A DNA stretch of 63,463 nucleotides. It comes from Negaprion brevirostris (Eukaryota). Positions 49,707-62,276 of this stretch are shown here, piece by piece. Positions within the stretch are counted from its first letter, which is position 1, and each line of letters opens with the position of its first letter. The DNA lies in assembly GCA_030324005.1 (NCBI GenBank), contig JARDVH010000073.1, forward strand, positions 54,447,745-54,511,207. The letters run 5' to 3'. A program made the position numbers and the translations under genes. The notes beneath the pieces were generated by a model. That model was given only the letters and a program-made list of their open reading frames with translations. It did no database searches and had not been told where the DNA came from.

Positions 49707-52700
49707 GGGGAAGCAATGGCTGAATGGTATTATCGTTAGTCTGTTAATCCAGAAACCCAGATAATGTTCTGTGGACCTGGGTTTGAATCCCAACATGGCA
49801 GATGGTGGACTTTGAATCCAGTAAAAAAAAAAGTACCTGGTCATGAGCGTCCACTCATGACCATGACACCATTGTCGATTGTCGGAAAAACCCATATGGT
49901 TTATTAATGTCTTTAAGGGAAGGAAATCTGCCTTCCTTACCCAGTCTGGCCTATATGAGACTCCAGTGCCACAGCAATCTGGCTGACTCTCAGTTTTCCT
50001 CTGAAATGGCTTAGCACGCCATTCCATTTTATCAATTGCTACAAAGCCAATAAAAAGGAATGAAACTGGATGGACTACCTGGCATCAACGTAGACATTGG
50101 AGAAGACAATGGCAAAGCAAACAGCCCCACCGACCCTGCAAAATCCTCTTGCTAACATCTGGGGGTAGTGCCAAAATTGGGAGAGCTGTCTCACAGACTA
50201 GTCAAGCAACAGGTTGACATAGTCATTCTCAAGGTTCCATATTTTACAGATAACACCCTAGACACCACCATTACCATCTCTGGAAATGTCCTGTACCACC
50301 ATCAGGACAGACACAGCAGAGGTGGCGGCACAGTGGTGTACAGTCAGGACGGAGTTTCCCTCGGAGTCCTCAACATTGACTCTGAACCTCATGTACTCTT
50401 ATGGCTTCAGGTTAAACATGAACAAGGAAACCTCTGACTGGTCACCACGTACTGTCCTGCTTCAGTTGATGAATCAGGATTCCTCCATGTTGAACAACAC
50501 TGAGGAAGCACTAAGAGTGGCAAGGGTGCAAAATGTACTCTGGGTAGGGGATTTCCAATGTCCACCACCAAGAGTGGCTCAGCAGCATCCTTGTTGAACA
50601 AGTTCAGGTCCTAAAGGATATAACTGCTAGACTGGGCCTGTGGCAGGTGGTAAAGGAACCAACAAGAGGAAATAGCATACTTGACCTCATCCTTACCAAG
50701 CTGCTGACTGCAGATGCAACTGTCCATGACAGGATCATTAAGAGTGACCACGCACAGTTCTTATGGAGAAGAAGTCCGGCCTTCACATTGAGAATAACAT
50801 CTATTGTGTTGTAAGGCATTATCATCAAGCTAAAAGGGACAGACTTTGAACTGACCTAACAACTCATGACTGGGCATCTGAGACTCTGGGTCAGCAACAA
50901 CATCAGAACTGCACTCCAGCACAATCTATAACCTTATGACCCAGCATTTTCCCACTCAATCATTACCATCAAGTCAGAGTATCAACCCTGGTCCAATGGA
51001 AGATGCAGGAGGGCATGCCAGGAGTAACACCAGGCATACCTAAAAATGAGGTGTCAACCTGGTGAAGCTACGAAACAGAACTACTTACATGCCAAACAGC
51101 ATCATTATGATAGACATAGCTAAGCGACCCACAACCAAAGGATCAGATCCAAGCTCTGTAGTCCTGCCACATCCAGTCATAAATGGTGGTGAACATAACA
51201 TAAGAAATAGGAGTAGGAGTAGGCCATCTAGCCCTTCGAGCCTGCCCTGCCATTCAATAAGATCATGGCTGATCTGAAGTGGCTCAGTTCCNNNNNNNNN
51301 NNNNNNNNNNNNNNNNNNNNNNNNNNNNNNNNNNNNNNNNNNNNNNNNNNNNNNNNNNNNNNNNNNNNNNNNNNNNNNNNNNNNNNNNNNNNNNNNNNNN
51401 NNNNNNNNNNNNNNNNNNNNNNNNNNNNNNNNNNNNNNNNNNNNNNNNNNNNNNNNNNNNNNNNNNNNNNNNNNNNNNNNNNNNNNNNNNNNNNNNNNNN
51501 NNNNNNNNNNNNNNNNNNNNNNNNNNNNNNNNNNNNNNNNNNNNNNNNNNNNNNNNNNNNNNNNNNNNNNNNNNNNNNNNNNNNNNNNNNNNNNNNNNNN
51601 NNNNNNNNNNNNNNNNNNNNNNNNNNNNNNNNNNNNNNNNNNNNNNNNNNNNNNNNNNNNNNNNNNNNNNNNNNNNNNNNNNNNNNNNNNNNNNNNNNNN
51701 NNNNNNNNNNNNNNNNNNNNNNNNNNNNNNNNNNNNNNNNNNNNNNNNNNNNNNNNNNNNNNNNNNNNNNNNNNNNNNNNNNNNNNNNNNNNNNNNNNNN
51801 NNNNNNNNNNNNNNNNNNNNNNNNNNNNNNNNNNNNNNNNNNNNNNNNNNNNNNNNNNNNNNNNNNNNNNNNNNNNNNNNNNNNNNNNNNNNNNNNNNNN
51901 NNNNNNNNNNNNNNNNNNNNNNNNNNNNNNNNNNNNNNNNNNNNNNNNNNNNNNNNNNNNNNNNNNNNNNNNNNNNNNNNNNNNNNNNNNNNNNNNNGTC
52001 CTCGCCCACTCACTCAGCCTATCCAGATCTCTTTGCAGACTTTCCGCGCCTTCCACGTAATTCGTTTTTCCACTCATCTTCATGTCATCAGCAAATTTTA
52101 AACAACTCACTGGAAGAGGAGGCTCCACAAATATCCCCAGCATATCAGTGCAAAAGATTTGTAGCAATCTTCAGCCAGAAGTCCTGAGTGGGTGATCTAT
52201 CTTGACCTCTTCCAGAGGTACCCAGCATCTCAGATGCCAGTGTGCAGCCAATTCCATTCACTCCACGTGATATCAAGAAATGGTTGAAGACACTGGATAC
52301 TGTGAAGGCAAGGGCCCTGACCACAGTCTGGCAATAATACTGAAGACTTTGCGCCAGAATTTTCCACTCTCCTAGGCAAGCTCTTTCAGTACAGTTATAA
52401 ACACAAGCATCTACCCAACAATGAGGAAATTTGTCCAAGTATTGACAAAAAGCAGGGCAAATCCAACCTGGCCTACTACCACCCCACCAGTCTACTCTCA
52501 ATCATCAGTAAAGTGATGGAAGGGATCATCAACAGTGCTATCAACTGCTCCTGCTCAGTGTCACTCAGTTTGGGTTTCGCCAGTGTTACTCAGCTCTTGA
52601 CCTTATTACAGTCTTGGCTCAAACATGAATGAAAGAGCTGAATTTTAGAGGTGAGGCAAGAACGCTAGCTCTTGACATCAAGGCCGCATTTGACCAAATG

Positions 52701-53787
52701 TGGTATCACGGAACCCTAGCAAAACTGGAATTAATGGATATCAGAGGCAAACTCTCTGCTGGTTGGACTCATACCTGGCACATAGGAAGATGGTTGTGGT
52801 TGTGGGGAGTCAGTCATCACAGCTCCAAGACATCTCTGCAAGAGTCCCTCAGGGTAGTGTCCTAGGCCCAACCATCTTCAGTTGCTTCATTAATTACCTT
52901 CCCTCCATCATAAAGTTGGAAGTGGGGATACTTGCCGGTGATTGCACAATGTTCAGCACCGTTCGCAATGCCTCAGATACTGAAGCATCTGTGTTCAAAT
53001 GCAACAATATCTGGACAATATCCAGGCTTAGGCAGACAAGCAGCAAGTAACATTTGTGCCACACAAATGCCAGGCAATGACCATCACTAATGAAAGACAC
53101 TCTAACCACTGCCTCTTGACATTCAATGGTATTATCATTACTGAATCCCTCACTGTCAACATCTTTGGAGTTACCATTCATCAGAAACTCAGCTGGACTT
53201 GCCACATAAACACAGTGGCTACAAGAGTAGGTCAGAGGCTAGGAATGCTGCGGTGAGTAACTCACCTCCTGGCTCCCCAAAGCCATCTGCCATCTACAAG
53301 GCACAAGTCAGGAGTGTGATGGAATATTCCCCACTTGCCTGGATAGGTGCAGGTTCAACAACACAAGAAGCTTGACACGATCGAAGACAATGCAGCCCAC
53401 TTAATTGGCACCATATTCATAAACATCCACTATCTCCACCATTGGTGCTCAGTAGCAGTGTATGCTATCTACAAGATGCACTGCAGAAATTCACAAAGAT
53501 CATTAGATAGCATCTTCCAAACTCTCAACCACTTCCACCTAGAAGGACAAGGGCAACAGATACATGGGAACACCACCACTCACCTTCCTGACTTGGAAAT
53601 ATGTCGCTGTTCCTTTGCAGTTGCTGAGTCAAAATCCTGGAATTCCCTCCCTAATGACATTGTAGGTAATGTGAACTTCAGTGTTTCAAAAAGGCAGCTC
53701 AACACCCCCTTCTCAAGGGCAACTTGAGATGGGCAATAAATGCTGGCCGGTCAGCAAAGCCCATGTCCCATGAATGAATTAAAAAAA
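49707..53787 (+). mobile_element. Near full-length, decayed single-ORF LINE (CR1 group, Zenon-like) with tRNA-like 5' head
   Basis: A box TGGCTGAATGG (49717) and B box GGTTTGAATCC (49780). APE: NIWG..PKLGEL..DIVIL, LWVGDF, PTRGNSILDLILT..SDH. RT: [31 protein letters not shown]-rich 3' end. Many stops and frameshifts. Confidence 0.88.
51192..52098 (-). mobile_element. Young 5'-truncated CR1 nested in the Zenon-like LINE (mostly gap)
   Basis: Tail (TTCTTATG/TTATG) at 51192-51290 and KFADDMKMSGK..LQRDLDRLSEWAR at 52000-52098. The host sequence resumes at AAACAACTCACTGG. Confidence 0.85.
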
Positions 53788-53789
53788 CT

Positions 53790-54050
53790 ATCATATGCTT
53801 CCTTTTTTGTCTTTATCATACCCTCGATATCCTTTGACATCCAGGATTCACTGGACTTGCCACCCTTGCCCCTAACTCTTAAGAGTTTCACTTTTAAATG
53901 ACACTCACTTTTCGATCTACATTTATCTGCAAGTATCTGCTCCCAATCTATGTTTACCAGCTCCTGTCTAATGATCTTGAAATTGGCCTTCCCCCGATCC
54001 AGACACTTGATTTCTGGACTTCCCTTATCCATTTCCATATGGACACATGG
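53790..54050 (-). mobile_element. CR1 ORF2 fragment
   Basis: KANFKIIRQELVNIDWEQIL..WMSKDIEGMIKTKKEAYD. Confidence 0.75.
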
Positions 54051-54312
54051 CACATACAGCAATATAGAAGAACTGTAACAATCATTAGCTTTAGCTCATG
54101 GGCGCCACTCTTGCAAAAGTAATAGGCTGGATTAAATGCAGCCCATTGTGGCGCACATGGTGGTGAGAAAGGACTCATGTCAGTTTCCAGAAGTGATAAA
54201 ACTTCCCCTGATTAAGTCAGAAGCCAGAATGGGCTGATGTGGGATTATCAGATGCCAAAGGCAGGTTGATAAATGAACCAATTGACACCCATTATTCATG
54301 AGATCAAAGCAA

Positions 54313-54369
54313 TTGGGTGATGGCTCAGGGATTAAATGGGGTTGGGTGATGGCTCAGGGATTAAATGGG
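54313..54369. repeat. Perfect tandem duplication (29-bp period)
   Basis: TTGGGTGATGGCTCAGGGATTAAATGGG occurs twice. Confidence 0.9.
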
Positions 54370-54809
54370 CTTTCTCTTGTTTCCTGAAGGCCAGACATCA
54401 GATGCTGTCAGATTTGTCAAAGGCCTCCCAGGGGTCCTTGTCATCAGGCACTCATGTCTGTTTAAGGGGCCTGGCATTTGCAAGTGGGGGGTGGATGCAG
54501 TTGAAAGCTCATCCCCTGCCATATCCCCCACCCCCCCTACCCAACCTCTTCTGTGACCTCCAATCTGCAATTCACATCTTGCCCTCACTCACCTTTGACC
54601 TGGGCCTCTAGTGAGTGCATTGTCAGCAGCTGCCACTGTTCTAGATATCGAGCAATTAGGTTCTTGGGGAGTGGGACTTTACCTTGACGTGGTCCTGAAT
54701 CTTGGGGAAGGCCTGATGGGGACAATTAAGTACTTGAACACTGTCACACCTCCTCCATGGAATTGATGGGGGTTCCCCACTGGAGACCCCATCAGGCCGA
54801 CTAAATCCA

Positions 54810-55200
54810 TTTTGATATATTGAAGACCCACTCCAGAAACTTGAGTACATATTGTCAGTTAACTCTTCACATCAATACTGAGCACCACACTGTCAGACAT
54901 GCTGCCCATCAGATAAGACGAAGCCCATGTGCTCTTTCAAGTGAATGTAAAAAATCCTGTGACACTATTCAGAGAGGCAAGGGAACTTACTACTGTATCC
55001 CTGTGAATTTTTATCCCTCAGCCACATTACTGAAAAGCAGATTAATTTTTTTGTTGCCTTAGCAGTTTGCTGTGTGAAATTCAGTTGCAGCATCTCCTAT
55101 ACTACAATCATGACTACACATCAGAAGTAATTCATGGGCTGTAAAGTGCTTTGGGATGTCTAAGGCCCTGAAAGGCACAATGGAAATGCAAGTCCTCGCT
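54810..55200 (+). mobile_element. Deu-domain SINE
   Basis: GAATGTAAAAAATCCTGTGACACTATTC..CTGTAAAGTGCTTTGGGATGTC..AAATGCAAGTC. Confidence 0.7.
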
Positions 55201-55544
55201 ATTCTATCATTACTTAAAATCAACAGGCAAATTATAATTACACAGCTACAGCAGTGGAGTACTCTAACAGAGCCTGCCNNNNNNNNNNNNNNNNNNNNNN
55301 NNNNNNNNNNNNNNNNNNNNNNNNNNNNNNCTGAATCACACACACGCCATCTAGTGGCCACACACACACACATACACACACAAAAAACACCATGATTTTC
55401 AGGGTCTGGCTATGAGACAAAGAAGACATTAATTAACTTTCCTTTTGACATCTGAGATACAGCATAAATTCAACAGATAATGCTATAAATAGCTTAGGTT
55501 TCTTTAGTGGGGACTGCTTTTAAGTCATCTTACCTCATCAATAA

Positions 55545-55830
55545 GATGGTGGTGGGCAAATCTTTATTGCCATTTCAGATAGTCTTAAGTAGTTTGCGCA
55601 GCCATTCAAAAGACAGATAAGAGCTGTCCATATTGGTGCGAGACTGAGGTTACGTATAGCTCAGACTGTGTAAAGGGCAGCAGGTTTTCCTCTTAAGGGG
55701 AACCAGTTGAATTTTTAAGACAATCCGACAGCTTCATGCTAGCCTTTACTGACACCACCTTTTAAAATCCAGATTTAGATTCTTAAAATTTCAACATAGT
55801 GGTGTTTTCTGAATTATTTCCTCATAGACC
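55545..55830 (-). mobile_element. Old short bipartite derivative of the tRNA-headed LINE
   Basis: Similar to 50-300 and 28625-28840, but more diverged. Confidence 0.45.
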
Positions 55831-58800
55831 AAAACATACCAACCCAACCTGAAATACAAGAGGCAGCAAATGACAGATGAAGACATTCAGCATTGCAGTG
55901 TTATAGTCAGGCTTACACACAAAGAGGCTTCAGGATTAATCCCCTGTCTCTGCCAGTTTGTGATCACTTGCAAATGAAGTCTTAATATGGATCTTTGAGA
56001 ATGCATATAAGATGTCACTAAGGACATGATTTGGTTGACTGTCTGTCCTGTAGACACATGTTAAGGGACGGCACATGGAATGAAGATAAAAGTGGAACAT
56101 ATTTATTTCATTCCTAGTAGCGTGGTATTTGACAAAGACACATCTACATAAACAGAAAAGGCAGCACATAACTCTCCTCTCCATTCACTTTGCTCAGCAG
56201 GCCAATAATACTGGGCCCCTGATGCTCCACCCCAGTCCCTGGAATGCTTACAGCTCTGTTGTTGTCATGACCAGAATACTTTTGTTCTGATTTATTTATA
56301 ATTGTCAACAAGAAATCTGAAAAGGGCAGTGCTTTTATTGTGCCATCAAAACAGTGACAATGGAGGTCAGGCAACTGCTGATGTTTGTATAAAATATCTT
56401 TTAAGCACTGTTCAATTTAAGTCATATAATTTGTGCAGCATTACTGTAGTGTGTATTATGATTGTTATTTGCAACGATGCACAATAACAGTGCTCAGCTG
56501 GGTGTCACAATAATTTTGATGTTGTACACGTAATTATCGGACAGGAATTATTTTATCACTTATGTGAGCAGTGGACATAGCATTGTTGAGCAGCAAATCA
56601 AGAAGGCGGTTCACTACCACCTTCCTGAGGGCAATTAGTGATGGGCACTGAATGCTGGTGTAGCCAGCAATACCCATATCTCATGAAAGAATCAAAATAA
56701 TATGGTGGAGGAAACTATCAGCAGCAACAATGTCCCCCAACGTCATGGCATTATTTCCTTAACATGATGGATTTCAAACTTCAGCCAGCTGTTCAGAGAA
56801 GCATCAAATGGGAATGGTGCTTCATGAAGGATCTGACAAACAGTCAGGGGCCTTCAAATGATAATTTGCAGCAGGTCATTGACTGAAGAAAGAAGTTTCA
56901 TTTATATAACACCTTTCCTGACCTCCAGACCAAAGTGTACAATCCTCTACATCAGAGCTGAGAGTGGTACCACTGAGCCATGACTGACACCAAAGGGACT
57001 GAACTTCCCACTCAAAGGGAAGATGTTTGACGAATGGAAGGATAGGATAAACAGATGCTGGTGAAGTGAAAGTGATGTGATGTATGGAAAAACTGACCTG
57101 CGTGCTTCAGAGATATACCGGTGGGAGCTCTTTAGTGATGTCTTTGTCTTACTTATGGTGCACCTTTACCACTTTATTTCCCTTAAGAAGCTGACTGCTT
57201 CCTCAGACATGGTTTCACATATAGCCACTCTTCAACTATACAAGAGGTTGACAATGATGGGATAGGAGGGGACATTAGGGCTGAGACCAGTGATGATATT
57301 ACCAGTATCCACATGCAAATGTCTGAGCATGAATTACAGGGTAAAGCTTTGAAGTGAAAGTTTGAGCTGATTTTAACTTCCTTTGCCAATCAGACCGTCT
57401 CAACATAGACCAAGGATCTTGCTGTTTTCTTGCTTCCTCGGCTAATTGATCAAGAGTTCTTTTTGTGTGTTTGATAATTTTGCGCAATAATTTCTATTTA
57501 CCTAGCACCTTTTAATGTAGATAAACTAATCTTCATAGGAGCATGATCAGACAAGAAAATGGCAATAGACAGAGATATTAATACAAGTATACGAAATTTT
57601 GTCCAAAGGCATAAGTNNNNNNNNNNNNNNNNNNNNNNNNNNNNNNNNNNNNNNNNNNNNNNNNNNNNNNNNNNNNNNNNNNNNNNNNNNNNNNNNNNNN
57701 NNNNNNNNNNNNNNNNTAAAAATTGTTACTTGAGTTGAACCCTTACGAAATAGCCAATTCTTATGCTGGTTTTCTAGCAAATTTCGCTCATTTTTGATAT
57801 AGTTGAGTTAAACTCTTCTTCCTTTGTATTGTTCCGCAATAGTATTTTTCCATCATTCTGACCCTTGCTCAAACACAGCAGTGAGCACAAGACATTGCTG
57901 TGTGTTTTACTTCCTCCTACTGCTTGTTCGTTATGGCCGGGAAATATTCCAGCTACCCCATTAATCAGCTTATCAGCTACTACTTACTACATCAACAGGT
58001 CCCCATTGTCTGATAAGAGTTTCCGCCCAGCTTCTCATGTGGGGACTGGCACGACTTAACAAATACCTTTGTTCCTTTTTTGCTTTTCGGTTTTTGGCAT
58101 CAGACTCAATGTACATTCAACACTAACATTCATTATTCCAGTGGTATAAAATGACATTTACCATGTCTGAGCTATGGGGTTGACAGGTGCAAGATGAACG
58201 ACCTCTGAGTAATGATGAAGGAAGTCTGTCCACAAACCTCTTCTTCACCTTCTTCAGATTCTGATTGTGCATTTCCTGTGATTTTCAGATATGTTAAACT
58301 TCTAGCACCTGCTGCTTTGATTTTTATCTGGTTAGCAGTAGGCATTATACAAAACTGTCATTTTCCTTTCATGCTCGACCAAACCAGTTAGGGTCAACAT
58401 GACACAAGATTGTTCCTTGGGAGGGTATAACAATTAAGTAGATGATAAGTTAGGATATTTGTTTCAGACGATTTCAGTTGCTACAAAATCATTTCTTCAC
58501 TCTATTAAAGGAAAGCAGAAATCTATGGATTGTACCAGGGGCAGGAATAAGACACAAATTGCGTTTAGAAGTAAAAGAGAATTATTGCTAACCTTTGGAG
58601 TCCAAAAGCTTGTAGATTCCAGGAGGAAGGAAGGTAGCGAATTCCCCACTTCCATGACTTGGAGAAGAATGAATTAAAGCAGTAGACAGTACAATGAATC
58701 CTAATTTCAACTTAAATTACCTCACTGTGAATTATGATATTCATGTGTGAAAACTCTTAATAATTCTGCTAATTAATTTTATGTTTATATTATTGCTTTT

Positions 58801-59239
58801 CCTTAAATATTTCTCGGGTACGTTGGACTGTTGAACTAGAATGGTACAATAAATGTTTACATAGATAGCTCTGTTGGCATATGGGTAAACATAATGTTCA
58901 AAGAGGCTGCTTGAAGATTATCATGATTATTGACATTACCCATTTATAGCAAAGATCAAGGAATAGGTTTAGTCTGGGGAGACGTAGGGCTCATGAATAT
59001 TGAGACATCCGTTGTAGTTTTTAAAGATCCCTTGTGCTTCTTGAAAAGAAGGTTTTCTTTTCAAAAATTACCATTTATTATTATAATATTTAATCTTGTT
59101 GTGGTGCTGCTCAGATTAAAATTTTATAAAGTGAACAGTGGGCAGACATGTGGGAACAATGCAAAATATTCAATTCTGACCATCAAACCCGGTGCAGATC
59201 TTTTGACGGGGTGAGTCAGGAGATCTCACTTCTCCTCTT

Positions 59240-59570
59240 ATCTCAGTTGGTAGCACTCTCGCAATCTGAGACTTGAGACCATAAGCTAGGCTGCTACTCA
59301 GATGCAGAACAGTTAGCTACCATTTTTCAGATGACACTTAAAACCATGGTCTCTCAGGTGGACATAAAATATCTCATAGCTCCATCTGAAGATGGCAATA
59401 TTATCCCTTAATAAATGTTATGAAAACAGATTATTTTGTCATTATTACAGTGCTGTTTGTGGGAGATTTTTGTGTGTAGAATGGCTGCTGTGACCCAATG
59501 TTATATTAGTGATTATACCTCAAAAGGACATCACTATAATGTGCTATGAAATGTCCTGAGCTGTATATTA
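59240..59570 (+). mobile_element. Old Deu-domain SINE
   Basis: TTTTCAGATGAC..CTCTCAGGTGGACATAAAATATCTCATAGC..GCTGTTTGTGGGAG. Confidence 0.6.
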
Positions 59571-59579
59571 GTCTTTTCC

Positions 59580-61370
59580 AAAGCTCTGCCATTCAATAAG
59601 AGAGTGGTTGAGCTGATTATGACCTTAACTCCACTTTTCTGTCTGCCCCTTATAAGTCAAAACTGTATAGGTCAAAAATTTGGTCAAAACAACCTTGAAT
59701 ATATTCAGTGGCCCAGCTTGCATTGCTCTCTGGAAGAGGATTCCAAACATCCTAAAAGGGAACCCTTTATTTTAAACTGCTTTTCCCTCCCACCCCAGTT
59801 CTTGATTCTTCCACTCCCACCCTCTCAGCATCTACCCTGACAAGCCTCCTCAGAATCTTATGTTTAAAATCACCACTCATTCTGTTAAACTCCAATGGGT
59901 ATAGGTCTAACGTGCCCAGCTTTTCCTCACAGGACAATGTCTTTATGCCAGGAATATGTCAAGTGAACTTCTTAACTGCATTTATTGCAAGGATATCCAT
60001 CTATATGTAGAGAACAAAACTGTACAACATAAACACCAATGCTCTGTATATTTGTAGCAAGATTTCCTTACTATTATACTCCCATCTCCCTTCAATAAAG
60101 ACCAACATTCCATTTATCTTCCTAATTACTTTCTGTACCCTGTGCTAATTTTTCCTGATTATACCACATTATACTCCCTCTGCCAAACTGTTGTGGAATC
60201 CAACTATTAACTCTTGACATTCAATGGCATTTCCATCACTGAATCCTCCACTATCAATATCCTTGGGGTTACCGTTGACCAGAAACTGAACTAGACGAGC
60301 CATGTCAGAGCAGGTCAGAGATTGGAAAATTGAATTCAGCAAGAAGATTGGAAAAACAAAATATTTAAATAGCCAAAGGCTGCATAATGTTGTGGTACAG
60401 AGGGATCAGGGTGACCCTACACATGAATCAGGACATATAACTCACCTTCTGACCCTGCAAAGCCTGTTCACCATCTACAAGGCACAAGTCAAGATGAGTT
60501 ATGATGGATGTGTTCAGCCCCAACAACATGCAAGAAGCTCAGTACCATCCAGCACAAAGCAGGCTGCATAATTGGCACTCTAACCAGCAGCTTCAACATT
60601 CACTCCTTCCACCACTGCTGCATGGTCACAGCAGTGTGTACCATCTAGAAGATGCACTGGAACAACTCACCAAAGCTCCTTTTGCAGAACCTTCCAAATC
60701 CGTGACCTCTACCACCAAGGAGGACAAGGGCAACAGATGCATGGGAACAGTACCATCTGCAAGTTCTCCTCCAAGCCACACATCATCCTGACTCGGAATA
60801 AATTGCTGTTCCTTCACTGTCGATATGTCAAAACTCCTGGAACTCGCTCCCTCACACCACTTTGGATGTAACAAGACTATATACACAGCAGCAATTCAAG
60901 AAGGTGTCTCACTAGCACCTTCTCAATGGCAATTAGGGATGGGTGATAAATGATGGCCAAACTAACAATGGCCACATTCCATTAAAGGATATGTTTAAAA
61001 ACTCACTTACCTAGCTCTGTCCCTCTGCACACTCTTTGTGTCCTCTTCCCAACTTGCATCTGCGCCTATCTTTTATCACCAGCAAATTTGGCAACAATAC
61101 TATCAGTCCATTCATCAAAGTCATTAATATAGATTAAAAATGGTTGCGGCACCTGCACTAATCCCTATGACACTAAATACAGTTTGCCAAAATGATCCAT
61201 TTAACCTTACTCTTTGTGATGCCTGTCATTAGCCAGTCCTCTAACCATGCTAATATATCATCCCCACTACTATGAGTTTTTATCTTGTGCAATAACCTTT
61301 TATGTGGCACTTCATCATATGCCTACTGGTATGCCAATATTCACCATGCTTTCTTAAAGATCTCTATGTC
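59580..61370. mobile_element. Old minus-strand CR1 interrupted by a plus-strand Zenon-like 3' fragment (about 60200-60995)
   Basis: CR1 inverse tail at 59590 and RT at 61010-61330. The insert reads ITESSTINILGVTVDQKLN and ends GGCAATTAGGGATGGGTGATAAATG. Confidence 0.7.
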
Positions 61371-61389
61371 TGTCAAAACAATTTCCTTT

Positions 61390-61866
61390 CACAAACTCAC
61401 CAACTTTTACCGATGCAGCATCGAAAGCATTCTTTCTGGTTGTATCGCAGCTTGGTATGGCCCAAGACCGCAAGGAATTACAAAAGGTCATGAATGTAGT
61501 CCAAACCATCACGCAAACCAGCTTCCTTTCCGTTGACTCTGTCTACACTTCCCGATGCCTCGGCAAAGCAGCCAGCATAATTAAAGACCCCACACACACC
61601 ACCTTCCTTCAGGAAAAAGATACAAAAATCTGAAGTCACGTACCAACTGATTTAAGAACAGCTTCTTCCCTTCTGCTGTCAGACTTTTGAATGGACTTAC
61701 CTCACATTAAGTTGATCTTTCTCTCCACCCTAGTTATGACTGTAACATTACATCCTGCATTGTCTCATTTCCTTCTCAATGAACGGTATGTTTTGTCTGT
61801 ACAGCACGCAAGAAACAATACTTTTCACTATGTTAATACATGTGATAATAATAAATCAAATCAAAA
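61390..61866 (+). mobile_element. Rex1/Babar-clade LINE 3' end
   Basis: LTNFYRCSIESILSGCIAAWYG and FKNSFFPSAVRLLN, with tail AATAAATCAAATCAAA. Confidence 0.85.
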
Positions 61867-61964
61867 ACCATGTTGACTTTGCCTGATTGTAATTTGATTT
61901 TTTTTTTTAATGACCTGCTACTCTCTCCTTAAACTTAGTCCATTATTGCAGAAAAATTACATGT

Positions 61965-61998
61965 TATCAAAGCTTTTCATCCTGCATTCATCAGAATA
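61965..61998 (-). ncRNA. Minimal hammerhead ribozyme motif (third family)
   Basis: UAUU-CUGAUGA-AU gcagg AU-GAAA-AGCU-UU-GAUA. Core intact, 2-bp stem II, palindromic AAGCUU stem III. It lies in a repeat (61960-62270) homologous to 19675-19925. Confidence 0.5.
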
Positions 61999-62276
61999 GC
62001 TCACAAATTACCAATTGTAACAGGAAAACAATAAATTATACTGCATGAGAAAAGAGTGCTGAATTGTAGGCGAGTAGGCGAGATGAATGATTGGTGGAGG
62101 CATTGCCATGGGGAACACAGCATGAAACATTTAACTGCCCAGCTTTGTTCCAATTCATACTGGGCAGGTTGACTCTGGTCAAGACATTGCTCTGGGAAAT
62201 AAACCAGAGAATGACTGTCCACCAAGCTTTTGTTTAGTTGAAACAAGATGCAAGGTGTGGACCCGTATTTCACTTT

